A stretch of DNA of 61,571 bases, counting the filler, from Platydemus manokwari (Eukaryota), in the NCBI GenBank assembly GCA_037951405.1. It is 4 parts of 4 records of this genome, joined end to end, with 100 filler letters (N's around TTAATTAATTAA, not from the genome) between each part and the next. Parts side by side here need not be neighbours in the genome. Positions count along the whole stretch, not along the records: positions 1 to 25,290 come from JBBMOY011878053.1; 3 more parts are not named here. One strand, given 5' to 3'. Under the pieces are notes generated by a model that was not told the origin of the DNA, did no database searches, and saw only the letters and a program-made list of their open reading frames with translations. This document shows positions 1 through 13,600 of this stretch, in pieces. The translations under genes were made by a program, and so were the position numbers. The number at the start of each line of letters is the position of its first letter. Within the stretch, counting starts at the first letter, position 1.

Positions 1-805
1 TATTACTTATGTTAATAAACTTTGTAAAAGATTCTCAATTTATGTTTGCACTTCGAAAATACACTACTAATTATAATAAACCAAAACTCTCAATCTCTAC
101 TAGAAAATGGCAAGGAATTGACAATAACTCTGCGTTTATGGGGTTTTTAATTAAATGTTGGCTTTAGTCTTTCTGCGCAGGCTTTCAAAGGTCCGATTTT
201 TGAACCATATTTGCTGGGTGACAGATTTATATGTTTATTTTTGTTTGTATGGATTCATAAATTTAATTTTAATAACTATTTATTTTATAAACCAAAGGAT
301 TTTATGATAACTTTAACAAAATCAGAATTACAGAATATGATTTTCTAAGAAACTTTAAAACCTTTCTACAGATTTGATCAAAGACATCACAACCAATTCC
401 CAGAAATCATCAATACAATTAATTCGAAAAAAGAGAAACAAGTCCTATAGTAATTTATAAAATACAAGCTCAGAAACTACTTTTGTGTGAACTATAATCT
501 ACACTAGTCTCAATGCCGAAATTAAAATATTAATCTTTAATCCAGTAAATTTCTATGACCATTCTAGTGCCTCAAATTATAGAAATATATAATAAAATTG
601 ACACTTATTTTCGTAGAAAATTCCTTTTAAATAAATCTGAAAAATGTAATTGAAAATGTTAGTTTAGTAACTCTATTCATATAATTTTAAAACCAAATGA
701 CTGAAACGTGCACAGAGTCAAGCTACTGACACAATTTTGTAATTAAATTGTTGAAAATTATTTCTCAAATCCATTAAATAGATATAATAGCATTTAATTT
801 ATTAT

Positions 806-2080
806 TTAGGTGTATTAGTATGATTCCGGCTTTTTTTTAAAAAAACAAAAACATTTTTTAAAATATTTATTTAATAAAATTCAATCAAAATATTTTCCAT
901 TTGCAGATATGACATTGGCCCATCTTTTAGGCAACGATTGAATAGTAAAGTCAATTTCAATGACAGTCACCATATCTGCTCTTTTAAAACATCCAAAATT
1001 GCTATATTAAAAATCCATTATATCAGAATAATGTGGAATCAATAAAACTCCAAATGAAATCATTGATTTTACCTTGAAAATATTTTTTTTCCATTTTTGT
1101 AAGTGAATTTGTTTTAATAAACAAATTTCAGTCCAACATATCCTCCGAAATGCCCTCTTGCCAAACGATATATGAAGCAGATTTTTAAAGAAATAATTTG
1201 GGAAAATTTTGGGATATATTTTTTGCCATTTTTTCCTTACTTCAGAATTCGGATAAGAATGACTAATCTGATATGACTAACTCGATTTTCCAATCAATAC
1301 ATTATCAGTGAGGCGGCGATCAGTTCCGTTTTTTTTCGACTGTCGTTCTCACCCAAAGAAATCACTTCTGAATCACTATTTCGACAATTATCGAAAGAAT
1401 AACACGATTTCTATTCTCCGAAAACATGCAATCAATATTTATTTTATGTTTTTCAATGTCATCAGGGTAATATTGTATTCCATTCGATTGGTTTTTTTGG
1501 ATTCAGATTTTCTGATTGATATAATGACATCTAGGAATTTAATTTTTCAATCATCTCGTATATTCAGACCCATAGTCAACTCACCTTATTTTATTGTCGT
1601 CTAATTTATTGTTCTCATAATTTACATTGTTTCTCGGTAAATCCACAAGAGAGATTGATTAAATTCGTTTCTGAATTTTTAATATAAATCAAATATAACA
1701 AAACAAGGTTTATAATATCATCGTTCTGTCGGCATTATTATTTTATTCTCAAAATCAAATTTAAATGTAAAAATGAAATGCTTCTAACATAACTTTGAAA
1801 TAAAACCTTATTATTTGAGACTTTAAACATAACAGAGCAAAAGACACACTCTTATGAAGTGGAAATGTTTCGAACTATTTTTGTAAGTTTTTATCAAGTC
1901 TCAACTCTTTATAAAATAAGCTATTTACAAGTAGGTATTCTTCAAAGGCTGTTCGAATTATCAGAAACAATTGGCTGGTTTGGAAAACATTAAATCATTC
2001 TATAATCAAGTCATAATTCAATATAAAAAAATGGAATTTTCGGGCCAACATTTTAAAAAAGTCGAGGATTTATTTTAAAT
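806..2080 (-). mobile_element. Heavily decayed mariner (Tc1/mariner) DNA transposon
   Basis: Minus strand ~884-950 reads TIQSLPKRWANVISANGKYFD*, the typical mariner transposase C-terminus (LP.RW..V...NG.YFD). 806-833 TTAGGTGTATTAGTATGATTCCGGCTTT resembles a mauritiana-type TIR. A degenerate opposite end lies near 2055-2075, giving ~1.3 kb. Many stops; the right boundary is approximate. Confidence 0.6.
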
Positions 2081-2511
2081 CAATAAAATATTCATTATCA
2101 AAATGATGATTAAATAAATATCGCTAATTTGACCTTTGCTTATATCGACAGGTAGTCCGCTCTTCACTATTGGCTAAGCAAGCAGGTCCATCAATTTATA
2201 ATCAGCTCATTGGATAATTCGAACTCACAGTCATTTCATTTACAATTACCGTCATGAATCACCACTCAGTGACAATATAAGACCCAGATATAGATTCGTT
2301 CTCTGATGACAGAAATTTGAAAAAATCAATTCAGAAATGCTGCTTTACTTTATAGAAAATTTTAATAATTATTTCACCCGATGAATACCAATAAATTTCT
2401 TTTCATCAAGATCTTCTCCCACGGTCTTATCAATCGTTGACGTGTTTAAATTTATCAGTTAAATGGGATTTCTATTATCACAGACATTCATACGCACACA
2501 TATTAGAACGA

Positions 2512-2900
2512 AGGTCTTGTCCGATAGAAAATGATATTTATTTAACCAATAAAGAAAATATGTAAATTGAGAAATATATACAAAACATCATTCGTCTGTT
2601 AATCCAAAACGTTGAAAATGGTCACCTCACACTTTTACCAACATTCTAGAATTCAATAGAATTCCGTAGGTTTTGAAACGAACCACTTTTCCAAGTCATC
2701 ATTAATCTCTTCAGCGGAGTGAAACGTTTTCCCTCGAATTGAGTTTTTTATAGAAGAAAACAAGCAATAGTCTACGGGGGGCAAGGTGTGGAGAGTATGG
2801 TGGATGTAGTATTACCGTAAAACAGATTTCAGCAAGCTTATTTTGAGTTAAACGTGCCGTGTGTGGTCGAGCGTTATAGTGAAGAAAATGGAACTTTTCA
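2512..2900 (-). mobile_element. Mariner transposase 3' remnant (frameshifted)
   Basis: ORF 2711..3004 contains FLHYNARPHTA...HPPYSPHLAP (mariner HDNARPHT / HPPYSPDLAP, catalytic Asp mutated). A shifted frame continues RGKTFHSAEEINDDLEKWFVSKPTEFY*ILECW*KC. Confidence 0.85.
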
Positions 2901-3511
2901 AAACTTTTTCCAAAGTGTGATGTTTTGTTTATATTTCCAATTTGCATATTGCCTTTCTTAGTTAAATAAACATTATTTTCTATCTGAAAAGACTTTCGTT
3001 TCAATCGTATATATTTGTTTATTTATTTATTTAAATACAGGAATAGATTTTATTATAATCATAGTTTTATTAGAGTTTAATTTTCTCATTTCTACATCGA
3101 TCTATAAATTCCGCGATAACATATTCCATGCTTGGCAAAATCTTCTACGACAGAGTAGACTCGATCAATATCTAATTTAGCAAGCACAATATTCGATTCG
3201 TGCCGAATGACTCATTTTAGTGAGAATATTTATCAGAAACATTTTTCCATTTCACAAATTCAATATTTTAACAAACGGTTTCACTTTTATCTCTGTGAAA
3301 TTTCAAATTTATACTAATTTATAATCAATAATCCACTACTGTCATGATAAAAATGAATATTCAAGAAATACTTTAGAAAATCCATGAGGATAATCTGCAC
3401 TAGTTGTCGTCAAAATTGTACAATAATGAATATATATATATATATGTCAATAAATTCATAATTTCGAAATTTTTTGATTAAATAAATTTATAAAAGACAA
3501 AAAATCATTAC

Positions 3512-3776
3512 CAACCATTAATTAATTTCGTTGACTCTTTCGCTGAGTCTTGATCTCCTTGAGATTGACTCCTTTCTGGTGGACGAGTCAATGGAATCTT
3601 TTCACCATTTTGAGAATCTAAATTGTTTGTAACATTTATTACAGCTGGTTGTTGCGATTTATCATTTGCTTAAATAAATGAAAAAAAAACTATTGTATTG
3701 AAAAATATAAAGAAACATCACCAGCAAAAGGATTGTATTCATCTAATCCATCATACAATACTTCATTTTTTTTCAT
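3512..3776 (-). CDS. SCAMP-like (secretory carrier membrane protein) N-terminal exons, partial
   Basis: Exon 3776-3722 (MKKNEVLYDGLDEYNPFA), 53-nt GT-AG intron, exon 3668-~3512 (ANDKSQQPAVINV...). GLDEYNPF and QPAV match SCAMP N-terminal NPF / QPAI motifs. Transmembrane exons were not found in the window. Confidence 0.55.
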
Positions 3777-5269
3777 TTATTCTACAAAAAAGTTGGATGT
3801 CTATTGAAAATAATTTCTACCGAAAGTTTATGCAGTATGTTACGATCAAAAAATTAATTAATTTTTAAATTGAAGGTTAATGCAGATATAATTGATGCAT
3901 TTAAACGTTATTAAAGCATTGTTAAAATTTATTGTTATTTATTAAATTTATAATTATCTATTTATTTATCAAATATATAATTTATTAAATCTGTTACATA
4001 AATAATGAGATTAATTTATTAAAGCTATCCAATTCATGTTATTAATCTATAGAGATAAACAATTTATTTATTCAAATTAAAACTTTGTATTAAACACATT
4101 ATTGGAGTTTTAAATTTTATAATTTATTATCCATGTCAGGTCCATGAGCGCAATAACTCCTGAAAATTAAATTAATCACATGAGATTCGGCAAATTCATC
4201 ATATTTAAAATAAACTGTTATATCCTATGACGGGAAAACTTTTCATAAATATGATTTGTCCGTCGTTTTGTAATTAGAAGAATATCGAAGCAAAAAATAT
4301 GACAATGGAAATGAATATGCAGTGACACAAAATTCACAAGAAAGACTATGCAAAGATAAATCTAAGAACACTAGCTATAATTTATGCATCTGAAAAATTA
4401 AATGTGTTGGGTTGAGTGATTATCAAACCTACATTAATAATATGAATCATCAACCTTTAAAATTAATTACTAAAATTTTAATTAGAGTTTCCACGGTATT
4501 TTAAAAATCTAATTTGCATCAGCATTGTGATTTAATATATTGTTAAGGTGAAAGCAGTAGTAACATTGAATCACCATGGAAAATGAATAAATCACTATGG
4601 AATAAAAATAAAGTAACAAAAAATTAGTAATGACTCTCACAAAATTCTGGATATATAAACCCAGCCCAAAATTAAGCAAATGCACAAAAATCCGGTGAAA
4701 AATTCAGCACAAAATTTCAGAAACAAAATTTCACCACCAACGCTCAGTACGCGAAAGGTTATTTAACTTCAGTCATCAATTATTGGGATAATCTTCATCC
4801 ACACGGAAATTTCTTCAGTTATCAAATATTGGGATAATTATCAAACTTGGAATTCATTATATCAGTTCAGACAATTCGAATCATTTTTCAATTCATTCAA
4901 CACTTTATTATTATGATGCTAGAGTTAAATTAAAATTAAAGTCAAAGCCGAAAGGATTTGCAATATCTAAATTAATTTTTTTAGTTTATTGTCAGAAGTA
5001 GGGTGCCACTTAGTTCCCTACATCGGTTGTTCTTTTCTTCAGGGCATAACATTAATATCTTTTAAAATTCTTATATTACATATTTGTTAATTTAGTATTA
5101 TAATAAAAGTATTATTACTATTGCCTCATTTTTTATTGCTTTATCGTTATTATATTATCTGAATTATAACACGCAACCTATTATTCTGATTGGGATCAGA
5201 TCATTGGTGGAATCGTCATTTTTCCTGATTTTAATCAATATCAATTTTAAATTATTGATCGTTCAACGA

Positions 5270-5780
5270 GTTTAAACTAGTTGAATTATCTTTAATAAGT
5301 CACACCAAATACTACTTAGCAGCAGGCTAGTAGGATTACATCCAGTGGATCTATCTAAAAATTTATTCGACTTATTATGATGAACATTTGTAGCCCTATA
5401 CACAATTCTATTATGTACTATGGAGATATTTTCAGAAGATTTGGTCAAAGCTAGCAAGTCATCTCCATATGCTAGAATAATAAGTCAGGCGTCATTAATT
5501 TTAAGGGGAATCTGATAACTACTGACTTCACAAATAACAAAATCTGTAGCAAGCAAAGTAAGCTCATCGAAAGAGAACAGTTTTTTACCAGTTAAAATGG
5601 ATTAGTGTTTGTCGATAGGTAGTGATAATTAGTGGTACAATTATTTTAGAAGTTTGATATAATAAATATAGTATTTAAATCACGGCCAATTTTGTGAAAA
5701 GTATAGAAGATGAGACTATGGGGAACACTTGAAAAGTCAAGCCAGATAAGATTAAAATCATTCAATTTTACAGCAACTAT
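5270..5780 (-). mobile_element. Non-LTR retrotransposon reverse transcriptase remnant (RLE-type, R2/NeSL-like)
   Basis: Minus-strand fragments FNLIWLDFSSVPHSLI (cf. LD..nAFgSVpH), NCSLSMSL (cf. QGCPLS.LLF) and ILAYGDDLLAL (YxDD box), interrupted by stops and frameshifts. Confidence 0.7.
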
Positions 5781-7652
5781 CAACAATAAATATACAACTA
5801 TCACTATTACTAAGAAAAAGTGTCTTCTCAACCTATTAGAGGATAAATAAGTGGTGACGATTACAATAAAGACTTGTTTTCTCTCTCTGATAGGGCACAA
5901 ACTCAGTGCATAGTGGTGATTTATGTAGTACTTACTCATCATTATCTATTATCTATTTGATCTAGGGGTAAAAAAGACTCACTTGGGCATTAAGGAATTA
6001 AAAGCATGCCAAATAAACATGTTGATATTGATTTGATAATTTTGATTTTATATTGGCATAGTTGAATATATCGAAATCGAACTCACTTGGTAGGTGAATT
6101 TACAAAATAGTGAGCAATTGAGAACCGTTGAGTTAACTAAAATCAACGATATCACGGTTCACTATTGTTGACATAATGACGGCGACATTATTATGGGAAA
6201 GTGAATTTCTATATGAATTCAAAACATAATGCTCTCAAGAAATTTTTATAGATGATTAACACTGATACAAAGGTTAATTAAATAAAATTTGATGAGTTCA
6301 ATCCTGGAAAGTGTCGTTTGATAAACTCTAAAGTGAAGTAAGCCCTTTTTTCAATACTAAGCTAAGCTGAATAAATAGAGAGAATATGCTTGAACATAAA
6401 TGCATATATGATTTTAAAATCTCCAACGTCCTTGAGTTGGGTAGAATATGGTAAATTCTGTTACGCTACGACAATTACTTCCAATATGTGAGCTAAGCAC
6501 ACAATGAATATTATGATTATTGACTTCGTCATTGAATGATAGCTTTCTTCAATTTAATGGGGCTACAGTGGCTTATTAATGGGTGTATTGTGAGTGTTAT
6601 GAACATATTTATATCTTTACGGGTTGCTCGAGTTGGTTTATTAATTTGATCACGTGGGTTTAATTGTATAGAATTTTATTTATTCATTCTCATATCTTAT
6701 TTTACTGTATCACTTTGCAACAAATAGTAGCCAAAGACAAATTAACAGTCTAGTTAGATTAATGTCGAAAATATTCCCTATCCTAAAGTCTATCATTGCT
6801 TGGATTAATTTTTTAACTCCGTAAAAGTAACCGTTTTCTTTGGAACTGATGAATTCAGATCGCTGTGAAATTACTATAAATTATAATACTGTAAACAGTT
6901 TTGATGAAAAAAATGAACTATATTGTAACACAACTATTCCACGATTTTCAAAATGTACATATTTTAATTATAATTTGATGGTACTTATTCACCTTAAAAA
7001 TTTTAGCTAATGAATAAAAAATAATTAACATGGAAAGATTTTAAAATTAAAGTAGCGTAAATTTACGAAATTAATTTTTCAAATTTCATTTATAATTTTA
7101 CCAATAATAATCAAAACAATTAAAAATAAAACAAAACTAATTTTATTTGATACACTTAGGTACAAAATTTTAAGTTTCTTTATAATCGTATAAATAACAA
7201 TATTTGTTGTGTATGTAACACTTATATTTATATCAAAGCATTCTGTAAAATTTAAGTTAATTTATTTTTATTTCAAATAAATTTCAAATATTTTTACAAT
7301 TATAGTAAGTTTTTGTAAAAGAATTTTACAAATAATCATAATTACTTAATAACTGTACAAATATTAACAATTGCTTAATAAGTATTTTTTTATTACATAT
7401 GTTTATCTAACTTGCTAAAATAAATTTTCATAAATAAATTTGAATATTGTTTATATTTTTCTGTTTCGATTTGTTCCCGTGACTTTTTGTAAAAGTCACT
7501 TGACCAAAAATTGTTATCAGGTGATATTTTAATAAACCGAATGTCCTTTAATGTCCTTTAAAGTAAAATTTAATGTGTTATAGTTGGTTTCTATATAATT
7601 TTAACTGGATGTAAATTAATTTAGCTGATAACAGGCAAACATTGTGCCTGAT

Positions 7653-10600
7653 ATGGATGATGAAAATGGTAGTAATGATAATAAACCCCTGAAAATAAAC
7701 TCAACCGATATTTCAAATGATTTATCCATCAATTTAGCAAGTTTATTGAAAAATCTATCTCAGAATTCTGTTTCGATTTGTGATACACCTGTAACGTCGA
7801 TATCCGAATTAAGTCTTGATATCGAAAACTTCGATCAAAATATTCACCGCAGTAAATCGGGTAAGTTAATAGAGTGACAATCGAAACCCAATTGTTGATT
7901 TTTCTTAATTTATAAGAAGGTGAAGAATTTTATTCTGTTAAGTCGGAATCTTTTCTTAATCAACTTGCGAGCAATGATCGCATTCTCAATATAGATTATA
8001 TTAATGGCAAACGGAATAAATCACAATACGATGTCGACATTAACAAATCATTGCAAGATGTGAAACTCATTTCCAGATTGACGAATACGAGATTTTCATC
8101 TAATATCGATGCATTGAGTTCGATGCAAATGCAAAACATATCGGCCATCAAGTCTTTGTTGGACAATCAAGTAATTAATGGAACAATTGGTGAACGTTGT
8201 AGCAAATAAAGAATGTATTTTTCGCATTTTAGAATGGCCAAATTTATTTACTTGTCAAAAGCGATGCCGTTCAAGCGATAGATTCGACAAATAATTTCAC
8301 AAATTTATTGGAATCGAATAATTATTCACATCAAACGCAATTTTCACCATCTGAAATCGGTATTAATTTGATGAAATTAATTTACTAATATAAATGTTTA
8401 ATTTCTTTTTTAATTTTTTTAATTTTAATTTTTTAAAAAAATTTTATTAGTTAAGTTTTTAAAACTATTTCCAATTCATATAAATTAACTACGATGTATT
8501 TTTATTAACAAATATGATTATATAATTATATAAAATAGGTTTTTTATTTAATTTCACAATTTTTGGCTTTGATTTCAGAAAAAAATTTCAATTAGCAAAA
8601 CCCTCTAAATCAAAATTTATTTTTCGAATATTGAAATATAATGAATGTTTGACACTATTATAGGAATATTAATGAATGAAAGTACGATATTTAATAAGAA
8701 AAAAATTATTTTGATAAAAAACCATTAAATGTGTTCTGGTGTAATATTGAGGCTTAAAGTTCTTATGTCATTAATTGAAAAGAATCGGCTTTGTATTTTG
8801 AGCATTTTTTAATTTTCGTACAAGTTTTTTGGATATTGAATTGGCATTGAAATTTTATTTGAAAACTTAATGAGTTACCGAAAAACAAATTTTGAAATAA
8901 TAGAATTGTCTTTCCCAATTTTTTTGACCCAGGCGGTGCGAAAGAGTAGTAAAAATTATATACATATATAAGCTAGAATTTGTGAAAGTTGAAGTTGATG
9001 ATATAATATTGATAATAATTTGGTTTTGAACGGTCTGATCGAGTGACAATTTCGAACAATACCTGACGCAATAATGACGAGTATTTAAGACAAGAAATAA
9101 ACAGATTTTGTTGACTTATTGGCTGATATTGAATTTATGCTGAACGCTACCAATACAACAGTCGACGAAATTTTCAGCAGCCGAAATAGTTTTTGGTAAA
9201 GTATTTATAAAGAATGGTAAGAAAGACGAAGTACGGAAGAAGATATAAATGAACATCAGTTGAGTAATCAGAGAAAACAAAATCAACGGAATATGGAAAA
9301 CAACGGAGGGCTAAATATGGCGAGAAGAACAAGGGAGAACAGCAAACGAAAAGAAAATACAACGTAGGCGAATGGGTTTAATAAAAAGAGAAAACCCTAA
9401 TAAAATGAAGATAGATATGAACGCCGATATCAAATAATAGAAATAATTCACGAGATGAGTTACAAATTGAAGAATGAGGCCTGGAAAGTGCTAATAAAAA
9501 TATAGGGTGGATAAGGATTTTAAAAGAGAGGGGATGTAAGGGAGATTCGTAAATGGAAATGTGAATGTGGTATGTATTGTGTCATCAGTAATAAGATGTG
9601 TATAACATCGTAATAGTGTTAAATAAATAATTCCGTATAAAGACTTAATGTTAATTATAATATTGATGATAATAATTATAATTTAATATTGATAATAATT
9701 TGGTTTTGAGCGGAATATAAAAATTGTCAATATCTGCATTTTCGATTAATTATACAATGTAGTTCAATTTTGAATTATTTGGAATATATTCATCCAAAAA
9801 TTATGATTATAATATAAAATATTCATAACCAACACAACGGATATCGTACATTTGTATACAAATACAGAATATAATCAATCGTATTAAAAATAAATGTAAT
9901 AATTAATATGAAATTTTTAATCACATTGCAGTATGGATTTCAAACAATTATACAGTGTTTATTATTTATTTCTTTATCGTTTGATTTGTAATTCGCGTAA
10001 TTCGCTTTTATCTTATTCAGTTTGCTTGTAGAGACATAATATATCGTTTTTAAAATAAATGCGTACCATTGAACAAATATGTTGTTTTGCACTGTCGGAA
10101 TTCAGTGATAGAATTTATTACAGATATCCTGTTGTGAAAAGTCTTATTAAAATCACTTATTATTCTCGTTAAAAATGATAGAATTACTTTGAAGGTTTAT
10201 TTTAAAATTTAATATATAACATTATATGCATTGCATAATGTTATTACAGTACACTCAACATATAAAATATATTGCACAATACGCTAATTGTACGAAGCAA
10301 CCAGTACCAGTTTGGACAGGATTAATGAATGAAAAAATGATCTTGAATTTGTAATAAACGAAAATGTTTGATGTAGAATAGAAACGATTTTGTGTGTTAT
10401 ATTATTATAAGCGCTATAATATTATCATCAAAACTAATGAAAAACTTATTTTAAAAAATCTTGTAAAATTTATTGATCTTCTAATTTTGGCATCTTTCTA
10501 CAAAACAATGGTTTTCATATATTTACTCAATATTTTTTCGTAAATCACATTGCGTACGTGATTAATCTGTTTTTTTTTAATATTTTTTTGAGTATTATCA

Positions 10601-13600
10601 ATTCATTCCAGTTTTAAAAATAGTAACAAAGAGATGTGTGTTCTATATATGTTTTTCTCAACACCATTATCCTAGTTCTAAAATTGAACTAACTTCTATA
10701 TATTCAATGAATTGATTGGAATTTGGCAATTAAGATTTTTGTTTATATTATCAGATAGGTATATGACATTCTTAATAATTGATAAAATTGTTGATTTGTC
10801 ACTGATTGCATTGAAGTTTTAAATAAATTTTGATTTCATTTAAACAAAATAATATCGGTTGATTGTTAATTATTGATAAATAATTAAGTTCTAAATTAAA
10901 AATCATTGCATTGTGATTTACTTTAGATTTTATTTCGCATCTAATATACATCCAGATTTAGATAAACTTATCAATCATTATACTTTCACTATTAACAAAT
11001 TTTACATTACATTCTACAATAAATTATCTACAATCCATTTTCAACCTATGTAACATTCACTTAAGTTTATCAAAGGTTATTCTTACTGTACATTTTTTTT
11101 ATCAAATTTTTATTATCTAATAATCATCAATGGCTAAACTATATATCAATTCAATTTCATAAGGTTAATCTTTCATTTTCTTTTTTATTTTTCGAGATTT
11201 TTTATCAATTTTTTATTATCTAATAATCATCAATGGCTAATTTATAAAGTCAATTTCATAAGGTTTATCTTTCATTTTCTTTTTGATTTTTCGAGATTTT
11301 TTTTATCAAAAACATTAACTTTAACGGTATATTGATTAAAATAATTGTTTCTAATTTTTCGTATAAATTTTTTTGATTAAAATTATAGATGTTTTCTTAT
11401 TTTAAAAACATAACAAATAAAACCAATTATAGAAATATATTTATTAACATACATAATTTGAAAATTTACAAATTTGCATCTTCCCTGATAAAACTAAAGA
11501 CTGGTAATATAAATATGTAAATTATGGAAATGTTCATATATATATATATATATGAAATAGAAAATTATTTTTCAAAATGAATCAGAAAAAAATCGATATA
11601 ATTCTACAAAAACTGCCTGTAAAATAAATAAATATCAATTTTATTTTCTTCATAAATTGATATTATATTTTTAATTTGTCCGATTGTATGATTTTGATAT
11701 AAATTTTCTATGGGAAACTATTTCCCATTTTTCAATAGATCTATTAGAAATTTTAAATATCAAAATGGTAATTTTTGAAGTATTGACTTAGAAAGTTTAA
11801 ATTTGTAAGAAAAAATCAATTAAGCTTTCATTTTTCTACGAAAAATTAGTCTTGATTTTTTAATGTTCAGAACGAATTAAAGAAAATTTCAGTTTTAAAT
11901 GGATTTGATCTGAAAAACGTTGATGCACGACATATTGATGGAATCATTCTTATAATTTGTCAAAAATAAGTATTTTCTGACTTTCGACAGACAATGAATT
12001 TCATTATTTTTATTCATTTTGTCAATGTTAAGAAGATTAATTCGTTTTCACAATTTCTATGCAAATCAAATCGATTATATACATCTGATAATCTATGTTA
12101 AAATGATAAAGTAATAATTAAATTATTAATAAGTGTTTTGGAAAAATTAGGAAGTTCTCCATATTGTTGAGATAGTTTTTTTTAAATAGCGGGTTTTGTT
12201 ATAACAGATAAAGCAATGAAAAATATTTTTAGGGATAGTAGAAGACAGTTTAAACAAGTTCGTGTTTACCTGTTCGGTTTTTTACTTTTTGCATGACCAA
12301 GTTTTATTGTTAAGTAGATGAAATCGAATTTTGTAATGTGCAATTTTATTTTATTTTTAATTTATTCCTCTGCTAGGAGTTGAGATGGCTTCGTCAGATA
12401 ACTGTACAACAATTACAAATTTAAACAATTCTACTTTGATGTTAGCTGCTCATCAATTGCAAATTTCTAATAATCTGTCAACAGCTGAATTAATTCAGAA
12501 AATATTGGAATCACCACAGGCTACTAGTTCTGGCAATAATTTGGAATCAATGATAAACAATAGAAAAATTGATGAATCCTCAATTTCATCTTTGGTTCAA
12601 ACTTATCGAGACTCGATTCATTCTGATAATATTAATAATCAATATTATGAATGTTCTCTTGATTCAAACCATGAAGCAGAAATTACTCTGCTCGTCGATG
12701 ATGAAAATTCAGTTTCCAATTCACAATTTCCTCTTAATTCACAATCAATTAAACAAGAAAAACAAATTCTAATATTAAAAGGAAAATCTGATATTGAATC
12801 ATTGCCAAATACCAGTCGCATTGCCAATGATTCTATGAAAGAACATTTGACATTGTTTTCAAACCAAAATAACACATTAGAAATCAATAATGAAATGTAT
12901 AATGACGTTTCTAATAATTTCACACAGTCAAATACAGGAACGTCAACAATGGGAATGAAAAAAAATCATACTACCAGTAAAGGCCAGAAACGACTTAAAG
13001 TGAAACCGTCAAAAATTATTGAACCCAGCTGTCAATCGGACAGTAGTTGCAAAGCCTATTCTCCTAATTCACCAATATTTACATGTAAATTTCTAATAAT
13101 TATAAATCACTTATCACATATTATAAAAAAACGATTGTTTTTGTCATTGTTTCATTGGATTAAAAAGTAGTATATTGTGATATTTTTAGTGACTGTGCCA
13201 CATATAGACAACAGTGACTCTAAAGATTATATTAACAATGATGGAGAATTTAAAGAATTGAAGAGAAAATCAAGTCACAATGAAGGTATTTAGATTTCCG
13301 TTTGCATCAATGATTTAATTTTTGGAAGTTGAAAGACGCCGGAGAGATCGAATTAATACCTGGATAAGTGAGTTGCAAAATATGTTGCCAAACAATGAGA
13401 AAATGACTTTAAATCGGAGCAAAAGTCACATTTTGAAAGCGGTTTATGATTATTTTAGAGTTCAAACCGATCAATTTAATGATCTTCAAGTGAAATATGA
13501 AAAAGTTAGTTGATGAAAATATAAAATTTAAAGCAATGTTTTAATAATGAAAAATAATGTTTAATTCAATGATTTGATGATATCTGAATAGCAATTGGTG

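Noticed and set aside
13322-13513. Alternative genetic code or stop-codon readthrough to explain short ORFs
   Set aside because: All real genes splice cleanly under the standard code with GT-AG introns.
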